Of a DNA stretch of 64,000 nucleotides, positions 9,652 to 21,523 are shown in pieces (the first letter of the stretch is position 1; each line of letters opens with the position of its first letter). The stretch is from a candidate division FCPU426 bacterium. GTDB taxonomy: Bacteria > Oederibacteriota > Muellerivitia > Muellerivitales > Muellerivitaceae. The translations under genes and the position numbers were made by a program. Below the pieces are notes generated by a model that was given only the letters and a program-made list of their open reading frames with translations, made no database searches and was not told where the DNA came from. The stretch covers positions 864,001 to 928,000 of the forward strand of contig CAWCKJ010000004.1 of the NCBI GenBank assembly GCA_963796105.1, in the 5' to 3' direction.

Positions 9652-11028
9652 ATGTATCAATTAGAAGACACCATTGCAGCGATCGCTACTCCCGCCGGCA
9701 TCGGCGGGATAGGCGTGATTAGGGTTTCTGGGTCCAAAGCCTTGGATACCATCCAGTCCTTCCACACTTCCTCTAAAATCCTGGAACGAAAAAGACAAAT
9801 TTCTTTTGTCAAAATCAGGGATCACCGTTCGGGAGAAATTCTGGATGAAGCCCTGATTTTAGTGATGCCAGGCCCACATAGTTATACCACTGAGGATGTC
9901 GTTGAGTTCCACTTGCATGGTAACCCGCGGATTCTGAATAAAATAATGGAAATTATTACGTCCATGGGAGTACGACCCGCTGATCCGGGGGAATTTACAT
10001 ATAGAGCGTTCATCAAAGGGCGTCTGGATTTAACCCAAGCAGAAGCCGTAGAAGCCTTAGTTTCATCGCAGGGAGACGCAGGCAGGCGCCAGGCTTTCAG
10101 TCAATTAACGGGTTCCTTGTCGCACCACTTGGAACCATTGGAGGAGACGCTTAAGTCATTATATTTAAAAATTGAAGCCCGCCTTGAGTTTGCCGATGAA
10201 GGAATTCCCCAATTGGATTTGACCCAATTCAAGAATGAAGTGGTGGAAGCCAAGAAAAACCTTGGAAAATTACTGGAAAGTTATCGCCAGGGGAAAATCC
10301 TACGGGAAGGTATCAAGGTGGCCCTTGTGGGACCGCCTAATGTTGGAAAATCAAGTCTTTTAAATATTTTGTTAGGCTCTGAAAAAGCGATAGTGACCCC
10401 GCAGGCGGGAACTACCCGTGACATTGTTGAAGGGGAACTGTATTTAAAAGGAGTTAAAATCAGGCTTTTCGATACAGCGGGAATTCGAGAATCCTCAAAT
10501 ATTGTGGAAGCCGAGGGAGTTCGTCGGAGCCGCCAAATAATTGGGGAAGCCGATGTGATTTTCTGGGTGGTGGACGCTTCAAATCCAGAAGAGAATTGGC
10601 AGCTTCAAGAGGATATTTCCCTGCACTTGGGAAGAACTTATTATTTGATGAATAAAATGGATCTGATTGAGCCGGATCAATTTTCTAAATTAAAGAACAC
10701 TTCCCTATTTCCGCCAGAGCGATGCATTGAACTTTCCTGTGTTACCAGGCAAGGTTTGGAAAGGGTGTTTCACCTTTTGGAACTCTTACTGGAAAATCCG
10801 ATTTCAACCGAGAACGTGGTATTAATTTCTCTGCGGCATCAACAGGAAGCGGAAAAAGCATATAAAGCTTTAGAAAACCTTTTAGATCTTATAGTCATCA
10901 AGCAACCCTATGAACTTTGGGCAGAAGAGTTGAGGGAATCCGCCCTTGCCGTTGGCAGAATACGGGGGCGCAATCTGACCCAGGATGCTTTCGAAGAGAT
11001 TTTTAGCCGATTTTGTATTGGGAAGTAA
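9652..11028 (+). CDS. mnmE: tRNA modification GTPase MnmE
   Basis: DTIAAIATP, GPPNVGKSS, GTTRD, DTAG and C-terminal FCIGK. Confidence 0.98.
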   Translation: MYQLEDTIAAIATPAGIGGIGVIRVSGSKALDTIQSFHTSSKILERKRQISFVKIRDHRSGEILDEALILVMPGPHSYTTEDVVEFHLHGNPRILNKIMEIITSMGVRPADPGEFTYRAFIKGRLDLTQAEAVEALVSSQGDAGRRQAFSQLTGSLSHHLEPLEETLKSLYLKIEARLEFADEGIPQLDLTQFKNEVVEAKKNLGKLLESYRQGKILREGIKVALVGPPNVGKSSLLNILLGSEKAIVTPQAGTTRDIVEGELYLKGVKIRLFDTAGIRESSNIVEAEGVRRSRQIIGEADVIFWVVDASNPEENWQLQEDISLHLGRTYYLMNKMDLIEPDQFSKLKNTSLFPPERCIELSCVTRQGLERVFHLLELLLENPISTENVVLISLRHQQEAEKAYKALENLLDLIVIKQPYELWAEELRESALAVGRIRGRNLTQDAFEEIFSRFCIGK

Positions 11029-11564
11029 TGGGTCGATGAACTGCTTTTTTAGAAGAGAATAAACCTTTTGTATCTAATCGATATTAATACCCGTTTATTC
11101 GCTTATACACCGGTTAGTTTCAAAACACTCTTAAATAAACAAGAAAAAAACAAAACGGCTTTATAAGGAATACTATTGTATACCTTATTCGGTTGGCTTA
11201 AGTTTGAAACAAATCTATCTATTTAAAGAGAATGAGAGTACCGACCTAAAAATAATGAAGATCATCCATTGCTAATAATTATTTATACGGACATTATTTA
11301 GGCTATTTATAAACTTATCAAGAGTACGTTAAAATAATCGCGCCTCATTAACAAACGCATTCTTTCATAAAGAATCTCGCAAAGTCTTGAACGCTTAAAA
11401 GAAGAAATATTACCCTACCAGTAATTATTCGTGATCTATCTGCTAGGGTCTCATTGCCGGTTATGTTCTGGGAAATGAAAAATCAATGTCATCATAAACA
11501 ACCAAAAAGACCCCATTTTCTGATCACGCAATAGAATGGAATAAATTCAATCTCGATGGGACCT

Positions 11565-11580
11565 TGTTCCACGTGGAACA
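11565..11580. promoter_or_regulatory. parS centromere site
   Basis: Perfect palindrome TGTTCCACGTGGAACA matching the widespread parS consensus. Confidence 0.9.
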
Positions 11581-11658
11581 GATTTAAAAATTTATGTCAC
11601 ATTGTGTCGTCATAAACCATGTGTTATATAAGCGCTGAAAACTTTTTAGGGGTTCAAC

Positions 11659-13572
11659 GTGGGAAATGCTTTGCCAAAATTTGACGTGGTGGTAGTGGGA
11701 GCCGGACACGCTGGGTGCGAGGCCGCATTAGCTTGTAGCCGGATGGGTTTGCTAACAGCTCTGATTACTATGAACCCTGAAAATGTGGCCAAAATGAGCT
11801 GCAACCCCGCCATCGGGGGTTTGGCCAAGGGGCATTTAGTTCGTGAGATTGATGCCTTGGGTGGGGAAATGGGAAAAGCCACAGATGAAACATCAATTCA
11901 ATCCCGCGTTTTAAATAAAACACAAGGACCGGCAGTTTGGGGATTGCGGGCTCAATGCGACAAGGAACTCTACAACCAACGAATGAAAAAAACAGTTTGC
12001 AATCAAAGCGGTCTTACGGTGATAAAAGCAACCGTTGAGTGTCTTTTGGTTGTAGGGAATCAGGTTGAAGGAGTTCGAGTTCAATCAGGTGAGAAAATTA
12101 AAGCCAAAGCAGTCATTATCACTACCGGGACATTTTTAAACGGCTTAATGCATATTGGGGAAAAGAAAATTGAAGGAGGCCGAACGGGCGAGTTAGCCGC
12201 AAAAGGACTTTCGAAGCACCTAAAAGAATTAGGTTTTGAGGTGGGACGTTTAAAAACCGGCACCAATCCGAGAGTAAAACGGGAATCCATTGATTTTAAA
12301 AAAACGGAAGAGCAAACGGGAGACAAAACACCTATTCCCTTTTCACATTTCACCAAGTTTTTTCCAATTCAACCTCAAGTGTCCTGTTTCATTACCTATA
12401 CCAACCCTCAAACCCATCAGATTATTAGGGATAATATGGTTCGGTCCCCACTTTATTCTGGCACGATTAAAGGAATAGGTCCTCGGTATTGTCCTTCCAT
12501 TGAAGATAAAGTAGTGAAATTTCCAGATAAACCTAGGCATCAGATCTTTTTGGAACCGGAAGGTCTTACCACGAACGAATATTACTTAAATGGGTTATCC
12601 ACTTCCCTTCCCCTAGATGTTCAATATGCTTTTTTACATTCAATCCCAGGTCTTGAAAAAGCGGAAATTATTCGGCCTGGATACGCTGTTGAGTATGATT
12701 TCATTCCGCCTACCCAAATTTCCCATTCTTTGGAAACGCATCGGCTGAAAAATCTGTTTTTAGCCGGGCAAATTAACGGGACTTCAGGTTATGAAGAGGC
12801 TGCTGCTCAAGGACTTATTGCTGGCATCAATGCTTGTTTGTCAATCAAAGGTCTAAAGCCATTTATCTTGTCTCGAACAGAAGCTTATATGGGTGTTTTA
12901 GTGGATGACCTTGTAACCAAAGGCACAGAAGAACCTTACAGACTTTTTACTTCTAAAGCCGAATATAGGCTTTTGTTGAGGCCTGACAACGCTGATTTGC
13001 GATTGATGGAAAAAGGTTTTGATTTGGGTTTAATCGCTGTTGATGCTAGGGATTATGTAGTTGAGAAAAAAAGAATAATTAAGAGAAGTTTAAACGAATT
13101 TAAAACCCGGCTTTTACCAGTTCAGGCGGCTCCCAATGAATCCCTTCAGCTTTCAATTCATGATCGGGTATTAAAGTTGGAAGATGTAATTCGCCGTCCT
13201 TGGATCAGTTATAAAGATCTGAATCCATTTTTATCGAAAGATCTTCAATTAGAGCCGGAAGTAGCCTTTCAAGTCGAGGTTGAGCTCAAATATGAGGGTT
13301 ATTTAAAAAAACAACGGCTGGAAATACAAAGACAAAACCGAAGTGAAAACCTAATCATACCTCATCAGTTTTCTTACCTTGAAGTAAGGGGACTGACCCA
13401 GGAAGCCAAGGAAAAGCTCCACCGGATTCGGCCTCAAACTTTTGGCCAAGCTTCAAGAATACAAGGGGTTACCCATGCTGATTTAGCGGTTCTTCTCTTA
13501 GCCATTAGCCGGTTTTCGAAACAGCAAGTTATTAGCCAAAATATATCTTCTTCTCAGGATGACCAAGTTTGA
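11659..13572 (+). CDS. mnmG: tRNA uridine 5-carboxymethylaminomethyl modification enzyme MnmG (GidA)
   Basis: GAGHAGCEAA, MSCNPAIGG, GPRYCPSIEDK and GQINGTSGYEEAAAQG motifs. Confidence 0.98.
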   Translation: MGNALPKFDVVVVGAGHAGCEAALACSRMGLLTALITMNPENVAKMSCNPAIGGLAKGHLVREIDALGGEMGKATDETSIQSRVLNKTQGPAVWGLRAQCDKELYNQRMKKTVCNQSGLTVIKATVECLLVVGNQVEGVRVQSGEKIKAKAVIITTGTFLNGLMHIGEKKIEGGRTGELAAKGLSKHLKELGFEVGRLKTGTNPRVKRESIDFKKTEEQTGDKTPIPFSHFTKFFPIQPQVSCFITYTNPQTHQIIRDNMVRSPLYSGTIKGIGPRYCPSIEDKVVKFPDKPRHQIFLEPEGLTTNEYYLNGLSTSLPLDVQYAFLHSIPGLEKAEIIRPGYAVEYDFIPPTQISHSLETHRLKNLFLAGQINGTSGYEEAAAQGLIAGINACLSIKGLKPFILSRTEAYMGVLVDDLVTKGTEEPYRLFTSKAEYRLLLRPDNADLRLMEKGFDLGLIAVDARDYVVEKKRIIKRSLNEFKTRLLPVQAAPNESLQLSIHDRVLKLEDVIRRPWISYKDLNPFLSKDLQLEPEVAFQVEVELKYEGYLKKQRLEIQRQNRSENLIIPHQFSYLEVRGLTQEAKEKLHRIRPQTFGQASRIQGVTHADLAVLLLAISRFSKQQVISQNISSSQDDQV

Positions 13573-14306
13573 ATTTAACACCGGAAGACATTCAAGAATC
13601 AATCAAAGAAACAGGCGGATTAAGTCTTTTTCCGTCTACTTCTTTTTTGCCCCTCATTCGGTTTATTGAAAAAATGCTCGATATCAATCGATCTTTAAAC
13701 CTCACAAAATGGGTAAAAAATACGGATGTTCTAAAATATCATGTTAAGGATTCCGCCATTTGTTTGTTGAGCCTCTCAAATTTATTGAAGAATCAAGATA
13801 GTCCACAAGCTTGGTTAGATCTAGGTACGGGTTGTGGGTTCCCCGGCATCCTATTGTTGGCAGCCTACCCTCATTGGAATATAACTTTTTTAGATTCTAT
13901 TGGAAAAAAAGTGAAGGCCGTGCAGGAATGCCTTGATGTCTCTGAATGGAAGGCAAAGACTTTAATTGGAAGAGCGGAAGAAATTGGCCAAAACCTGAAT
14001 TATCGGGAAAGTTTTGATGGAGTGGTGACTCGGGCGGTTGCTGAGTTTGGGATTGTTCTTGAATATGCTATTCCTCTTTTAAAAGTTGGGGGATACCTCG
14101 TGGATTGGAGGACTCAAGAGCAATTGAAAGTTGTGGAAAAGTCAAAAAATGCCCTAGATCAACTTCATTCAAAAATAATAAAAATTGACCTTTATACCCT
14201 TCCTAACACAACCCAAAAAAGATGTCTTGTTATTGTGGAAAAATTGGGGAAAACACTTCCTCAATATCCAAGATCGATTGGAAAGCCCTTTAAGAATTCG
14301 CTTTAG
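13569..14306 (+). CDS. rsmG: 16S rRNA m7G527 methyltransferase RsmG (GidB)
   Basis: LNLT, HVKDS, LDLGTGCGFPG, RAEE and TRAVA motifs; overlaps the mnmG stop. Confidence 0.95.
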   Translation: MNLTPEDIQESIKETGGLSLFPSTSFLPLIRFIEKMLDINRSLNLTKWVKNTDVLKYHVKDSAICLLSLSNLLKNQDSPQAWLDLGTGCGFPGILLLAAYPHWNITFLDSIGKKVKAVQECLDVSEWKAKTLIGRAEEIGQNLNYRESFDGVVTRAVAEFGIVLEYAIPLLKVGGYLVDWRTQEQLKVVEKSKNALDQLHSKIIKIDLYTLPNTTQKRCLVIVEKLGKTLPQYPRSIGKPFKNSL

Positions 14307-14344
14307 ATTCAGAAAAGAATATTAGCGGGCCTTTTTTAATGAAG

Positions 14345-14360
14345 TGTTCCATGTGGAACA
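14345..14360. promoter_or_regulatory. parS centromere site
   Basis: TGTTCCATGTGGAACA, one mismatch to the first site. Confidence 0.85.
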
Positions 14361-14701
14361 TTTAAGCTTGACGCTGAATTTAAAAAAGCTCTTAATTAAT
14401 TGTACAATAAATAGTGCATAAATATATTAGTTGCTTATTTTTTCGTTTAAAATAAAGGTATTTTGGCCTCTTAGTGATTATAATAAGTTCACTTTTTAAG
14501 CAATTTAAAGATGTTTGGCTTGTCATTACCAATCGTTATTTATAAGGAAAGATCTAAGAGAATCGAGCTTTGACATCTTGAAATCCCTTAAAACGATAGT
14601 TTTATGCTGTCGAGAATCAATTTGAATCATATTTGTTGTGTTAAAGGTATTTCGGGACCAATAAATACATATCTATTATTTTTTTCATTAGAGGTGGGTG
14701 A

Positions 14702-15814
14702 GTGCATGTTGACTCTTTACGACTCTTTCACTTTCGTAATTATGAATCATTAGAGTTAACTTTTCATCCTCGTTTAAATCTTCTTTTGGGGGCGAACGCT
14801 CAAGGAAAAACCAACATATTAGAGGCGATTTACTTTCTTTCAACCGCCCGTTCTTTTCGTGCAGCTGACGATGAGCAGGTAGTTCAGCTGAACCAAGAAG
14901 AGAGTTGTGTGGAAGGAACTCTCATTCGGGAAGAGGGTCAGGAGCAGGTTAGGTTGGAAATTCACAAGGGGAAGCATAAAACTCTTTTTATTAATGGAAA
15001 AAAGCAATTAAAGCTTTCTTCCCTTCTGGGACACCTCCCTTCTGTTGTTTTTTCACCAGATGATTTGCTTTTGATCAAAGGAGGGCCGGCTTCCCGGCGC
15101 CGTTATCTGGATGTGGCGATTTTACAACTTGACCAGGCTTATCGGCTGCATTTGCAAAAATTTGAAAGGGCATTAAAACAACGCAATTCCCTTTTGCGAC
15201 AGAAATATTCCCGTCCCGAAAATCAATTAACTGCATGGGATGAGCTTTTAGCCGAGCATGGTTCGATTTTAATGGAAAAGCGGGCGGACTTGGCCAAACG
15301 GTTGTCTTTTTTTGCCCAAAAGGCCCTGCAGGATTTAACAGGCGGAGCCGAGCATTTTGAAATAAGGTATGAGCCCTGTCTTGAAATGGAAGAGGAAAGA
15401 AGTTTATTGAAAGAAAAAATCTCTGAAATTCTTATTGAATCTAGAAGAGAAGATATAGCGAGGGGTTTAACAACCCGAGGGCCTCACAGGGATGATCTGG
15501 GTTTTTGGTTAAATGGGCAATCGATGGTGCGATTTGGCAGCCAGGGGCAACAGCGTACAGGAGCGCTTGCCTTGAAGCTGTCTCAATTGTCCGTTTTGGC
15601 GGAGGGCTGCCACACAACCCCGCTAGTTTTGTTTGATGATGTAATGGCGGAGTTAGACCAGAAAAGGCAGGATTTTTTTTTAAACAGACTTCTTCAAGAG
15701 GGCCAGGCTATTTTAACCGGGACCTCTCCGCACGATTTTAAGATGGCAACTGACACCGCCCGGGTTTTCGGCGTGGAAGCCGGAGCGGTTCGAGTTGAAA
15801 GGATAGGAGCTTAA
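14702..15814 (+). CDS. recF: DNA replication/repair protein RecF
   Basis: FRNY, GANAQGKTN, GPHRDD, GSQGQQR and LFDDVMAELD motifs. Confidence 0.97.
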   Translation: MHVDSLRLFHFRNYESLELTFHPRLNLLLGANAQGKTNILEAIYFLSTARSFRAADDEQVVQLNQEESCVEGTLIREEGQEQVRLEIHKGKHKTLFINGKKQLKLSSLLGHLPSVVFSPDDLLLIKGGPASRRRYLDVAILQLDQAYRLHLQKFERALKQRNSLLRQKYSRPENQLTAWDELLAEHGSILMEKRADLAKRLSFFAQKALQDLTGGAEHFEIRYEPCLEMEEERSLLKEKISEILIESRREDIARGLTTRGPHRDDLGFWLNGQSMVRFGSQGQQRTGALALKLSQLSVLAEGCHTTPLVLFDDVMAELDQKRQDFFLNRLLQEGQAILTGTSPHDFKMATDTARVFGVEAGAVRVERIGA

Positions 15815-15927
15815 TTATCTCCCGTATCGAAAGATTGGTGGGGGAAGTTAAAATTTTTATACTCTCAGTTGGACGCTAATCGTTGGACTCAGCGCCCCTT
15901 TTGACTCCAATTCGAGAAAGGCTTAAG

Positions 15928-16257
15928 ATGAGGCGCCGCAAAAAGAGCCGACAAGGCCTTGTTGATGTCAGAGAGCTTTTAGAGGGCGCCCTACAACAGT
16001 TGGGCGTGAAGGGTGACTTTGAAAAGTTCCAATTGGAAAACAAATGCAGGGAACTTTTGGGCGCGACTTTTTCAAAGGGTTTTGTCCAGGCGGTATTAAA
16101 AGGATCCACCGTGCAAATGGAATTTACCCATTCCATTTGGATGAACGAGTTTAGTTTCCGAAAAGCAGTGTTTCTCCAGGAACTTCAACGCGACTTGCCG
16201 ACGCTGGGCATTAAAAGTCTTTCATTGGTTTTGGCTGGAAATCACAAGAAGAATTGA
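15928..16257 (+). CDS. dciA: DciA/DUF721-family protein (putative helicase-loading factor)
   Basis: Canonical position between recF and gyrB; size; HSIWMNEFSF..K..FLQ.L pattern. Confidence 0.7.
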   Translation: MRRRKKSRQGLVDVRELLEGALQQLGVKGDFEKFQLENKCRELLGATFSKGFVQAVLKGSTVQMEFTHSIWMNEFSFRKAVFLQELQRDLPTLGIKSLSLVLAGNHKKN

Positions 16258-16269
16258 TTTTTTAAATAA

Positions 16270-18873
<2,604 letters not shown>

Positions 18874-18952
18874 GTCAAACGCGAAGGGGCAGGGAGTCAA
18901 GTTTAAAAACTCCCGGCTTGAAAGATTAAATTTTTATCCTTAAAGGAAAGAA

Positions 18953-21523
18953 ATGGCCAGGCCTCGAAAGAAAAAAGGAAACAAAGCCCAGGACCCGGAA
19001 CTTTTCGACGAAAAGACCGAGGAAAAAGCCGAACCGAAACCAAAAACCCCCGAGGCCGCCGCTGGCGGGGGCGAGGACATCAACCGGGGCCGCGTTCACA
19101 CGACGGAAATCGAAGAGGAAATGGAGAATTCCTATCTCGATTACGCCATGAGCGTTATCGTCGGGCGGGCCCTTCCCGACGTGCGCGACGGATTGAAGCC
19201 CGTGCACCGGCGCGTTTTCATGGGCATGCATGACCTAGGCCTCACATCCAAGAAGGCCTACCGCAAATCAGCCAAAGTCACCGGCGATGTCACGGGTAAT
19301 TACCATCCCCACGGGACAGCGTCCGTCTACGACACCATTGTGCGGCTGGCCCAGGATTTTTCCATGCGCTATCCCCTTGTGGATGGACAGGGAAATTTCG
19401 GCTCCGTGGACGGTGATCCTCCCGCCGCCGAGCGTTACACCGAAGTGCGCATGTCCCCGCTGGCCGAGGAACTTCTCAAGGACATCGACAAGAATACCGT
19501 CGAATTCGTGCCAAACTACGATAACACCCGCATGGAGCCGGTGGTTCTTCCCTGCGCCTTCCCGAATTTCCTGGTGAACGGAAGCCAGGGAATCGCCGTC
19601 GGGATGGCCACCAACGTTCCACCGCACAACCTCGGTGAAGTGATCGACGGTCTTATCCACTTGATCGAGCATCCGGAAGCAACGGTGAAGGAGTTGACCC
19701 AGTTCATCAAGGGGCCGGATTTCCCGACTGGCGGCTACATCCTGGGCCGGGAAGGCATTGTCGAGGCCTACAACACCGGGCGCGGAAGCATCCGTCTGCA
19801 GGCCAAAGCCGGCGTGGAAACGGCCAAGAAAGACCGGGAAAGAATCATCGTCAGTGAAATCCCCTACCAGGTCAACAAAGCCCAGCTCATCGAGAGAATC
19901 GCGGAGATGGTCCGGGACAAAAAGATCGAGGGCATCTCCGATCTTCGGGATGAATCCGACCGTGACGGAATGCGCATTGTCATCGAAGTCTCTAAAAGCG
20001 TAAATTCGCAGGTTCTACTGAACAACCTGCTCACCCAGACATCCTTGAGGACCTCCTTTGGAGTCATCATGCTGGCTTTGGTGAACGGCCAGCCGCGGGT
20101 CCTGAACCTCAAGGGTCTTTTGCACCATTACCTGGAGCACCGCAAGGACGTCGTGGTCCGCCGGACGAAGTTCGAGCTGGACAAGGCCGAGAAACGAGCC
20201 CACATCCTGGAGGGCCTTCGCATCGCGGTGGACAACCTGGACAAGGTCATTAAGACCATCCGTGCCTCCAAATCCACCGAGGACGCCAAAGCGGCCCTCA
20301 TCAAGAGTTTCGACCTTTCCCCCATCCAGGCCCAAGCTATCCTGGAAATGCAATTGCGGCAGTTGACCAACCTCGAGATCAAAAAAATCGAGGATGAGTA
20401 CAAAGAAATCATCAAGACCATCGAGGTTTTGAAAGGCATACTCGCCTCCGAGAAGAAGCTTTGGCAGGTCATCCGTGAGGAACTGACGGAAATTAGGACA
20501 AAATACGCAGATCCCCGCCGCACCGAGATCATCGGCAAGGCCGAGGACATGAAAATCGAGGACCTAATCGAGGATGAGAACTCAGTCATCTCCCTTTCCC
20601 ACGGGGGCTACATCAAGCGCATGCCGGTGGACACCTACCAAAAACAACGCCGGGGAGGGAAGGGAATCACGGGCTCCACCATGAAGGAGGAGGATTTCAT
20701 CGAGCGCATGTACGCGGCCTCCACCCATGATTTCCTGCTTATCTTCACGAATTTCGGAAAAGTTCATTGGCTGAAAGTATACGAGATCCCCGAGGCGTCC
20801 CGTTACGCCAAGGGGACCGCCCTGGCCAACGTCTTGAAACTCGGAGAGAACGAAAAAATCGCCACGGTGCTTCCGGTCAAGGAGTTCAATGAGAAAAACG
20901 CCGTGCTCATGGCCACCGCGCTGGGCCTCATTAAAAACACGGCCCTCTCGGCCTTTGACAAACCCAGGGCGGGGGGCATCATCGCTATTACTCTTTCCAA
21001 AGGCGACAGCCTGGTTTCCGCCGAGATCACCGACGGCAAAAAGGAAATTCTTTTGGCGACCCGGCAGGGGAAAAGCATCCGCTTCCAGGAAAAAGAAGTC
21101 CGGGAGGTAGGCAGGGCGGGAAAAGGGGTCAAGGGAATCAGGCTTGGAAAGAACGACCTGGTGATCGGCATGGAAGTGATGAAGGAAGGAAAGTCCCTCT
21201 TGACCGCGACGGAAAGGGGCTTCGGAAAGAGGACCAAGCTTTCCGCTTACCGAAGACAAGGCCGGGGCGGAAAAGGCATATTAAACATTAAAACCACGGC
21301 CAAAAACGGCCTGGCGATCGGGACTCTCACGGTGGGGGACGAGGACGAAATCATCGCCATGACGGCCTCCGGTAAGGTCATCCGCCAAAGAGTCAAGGAA
21401 ATCAAGACCACGGGAAGGTTGGCGCAGGGCGTCCGTTTGATTAAAATGACCGATGACGACCGCTTGGTCTCGGTTGTGAACGTGCCTAAAGAAGAGGAAG
21501 AAGGAGAAGCTGGTGAAAAGTAA
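18953..21523 (+). CDS. gyrA: DNA gyrase subunit A
   Basis: RALPDVRDGLKPVHRR, YHPHG, AAERYTE and GyrA-box QRRGGKG. Confidence 0.98.
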   Translation: MARPRKKKGNKAQDPELFDEKTEEKAEPKPKTPEAAAGGGEDINRGRVHTTEIEEEMENSYLDYAMSVIVGRALPDVRDGLKPVHRRVFMGMHDLGLTSKKAYRKSAKVTGDVTGNYHPHGTASVYDTIVRLAQDFSMRYPLVDGQGNFGSVDGDPPAAERYTEVRMSPLAEELLKDIDKNTVEFVPNYDNTRMEPVVLPCAFPNFLVNGSQGIAVGMATNVPPHNLGEVIDGLIHLIEHPEATVKELTQFIKGPDFPTGGYILGREGIVEAYNTGRGSIRLQAKAGVETAKKDRERIIVSEIPYQVNKAQLIERIAEMVRDKKIEGISDLRDESDRDGMRIVIEVSKSVNSQVLLNNLLTQTSLRTSFGVIMLALVNGQPRVLNLKGLLHHYLEHRKDVVVRRTKFELDKAEKRAHILEGLRIAVDNLDKVIKTIRASKSTEDAKAALIKSFDLSPIQAQAILEMQLRQLTNLEIKKIEDEYKEIIKTIEVLKGILASEKKLWQVIREELTEIRTKYADPRRTEIIGKAEDMKIEDLIEDENSVISLSHGGYIKRMPVDTYQKQRRGGKGITGSTMKEEDFIERMYAASTHDFLLIFTNFGKVHWLKVYEIPEASRYAKGTALANVLKLGENEKIATVLPVKEFNEKNAVLMATALGLIKNTALSAFDKPRAGGIIAITLSKGDSLVSAEITDGKKEILLATRQGKSIRFQEKEVREVGRAGKGVKGIRLGKNDLVIGMEVMKEGKSLLTATERGFGKRTKLSAYRRQGRGGKGILNIKTTAKNGLAIGTLTVGDEDEIIAMTASGKVIRQRVKEIKTTGRLAQGVRLIKMTDDDRLVSVVNVPKEEEEGEAGEK

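Noticed and set aside
5285..14242. TTTTCCACA DnaA-box matches at 5285, 14132 and 14234
   Set aside because: Isolated and inside coding sequence; no intergenic cluster, so oriC is not called
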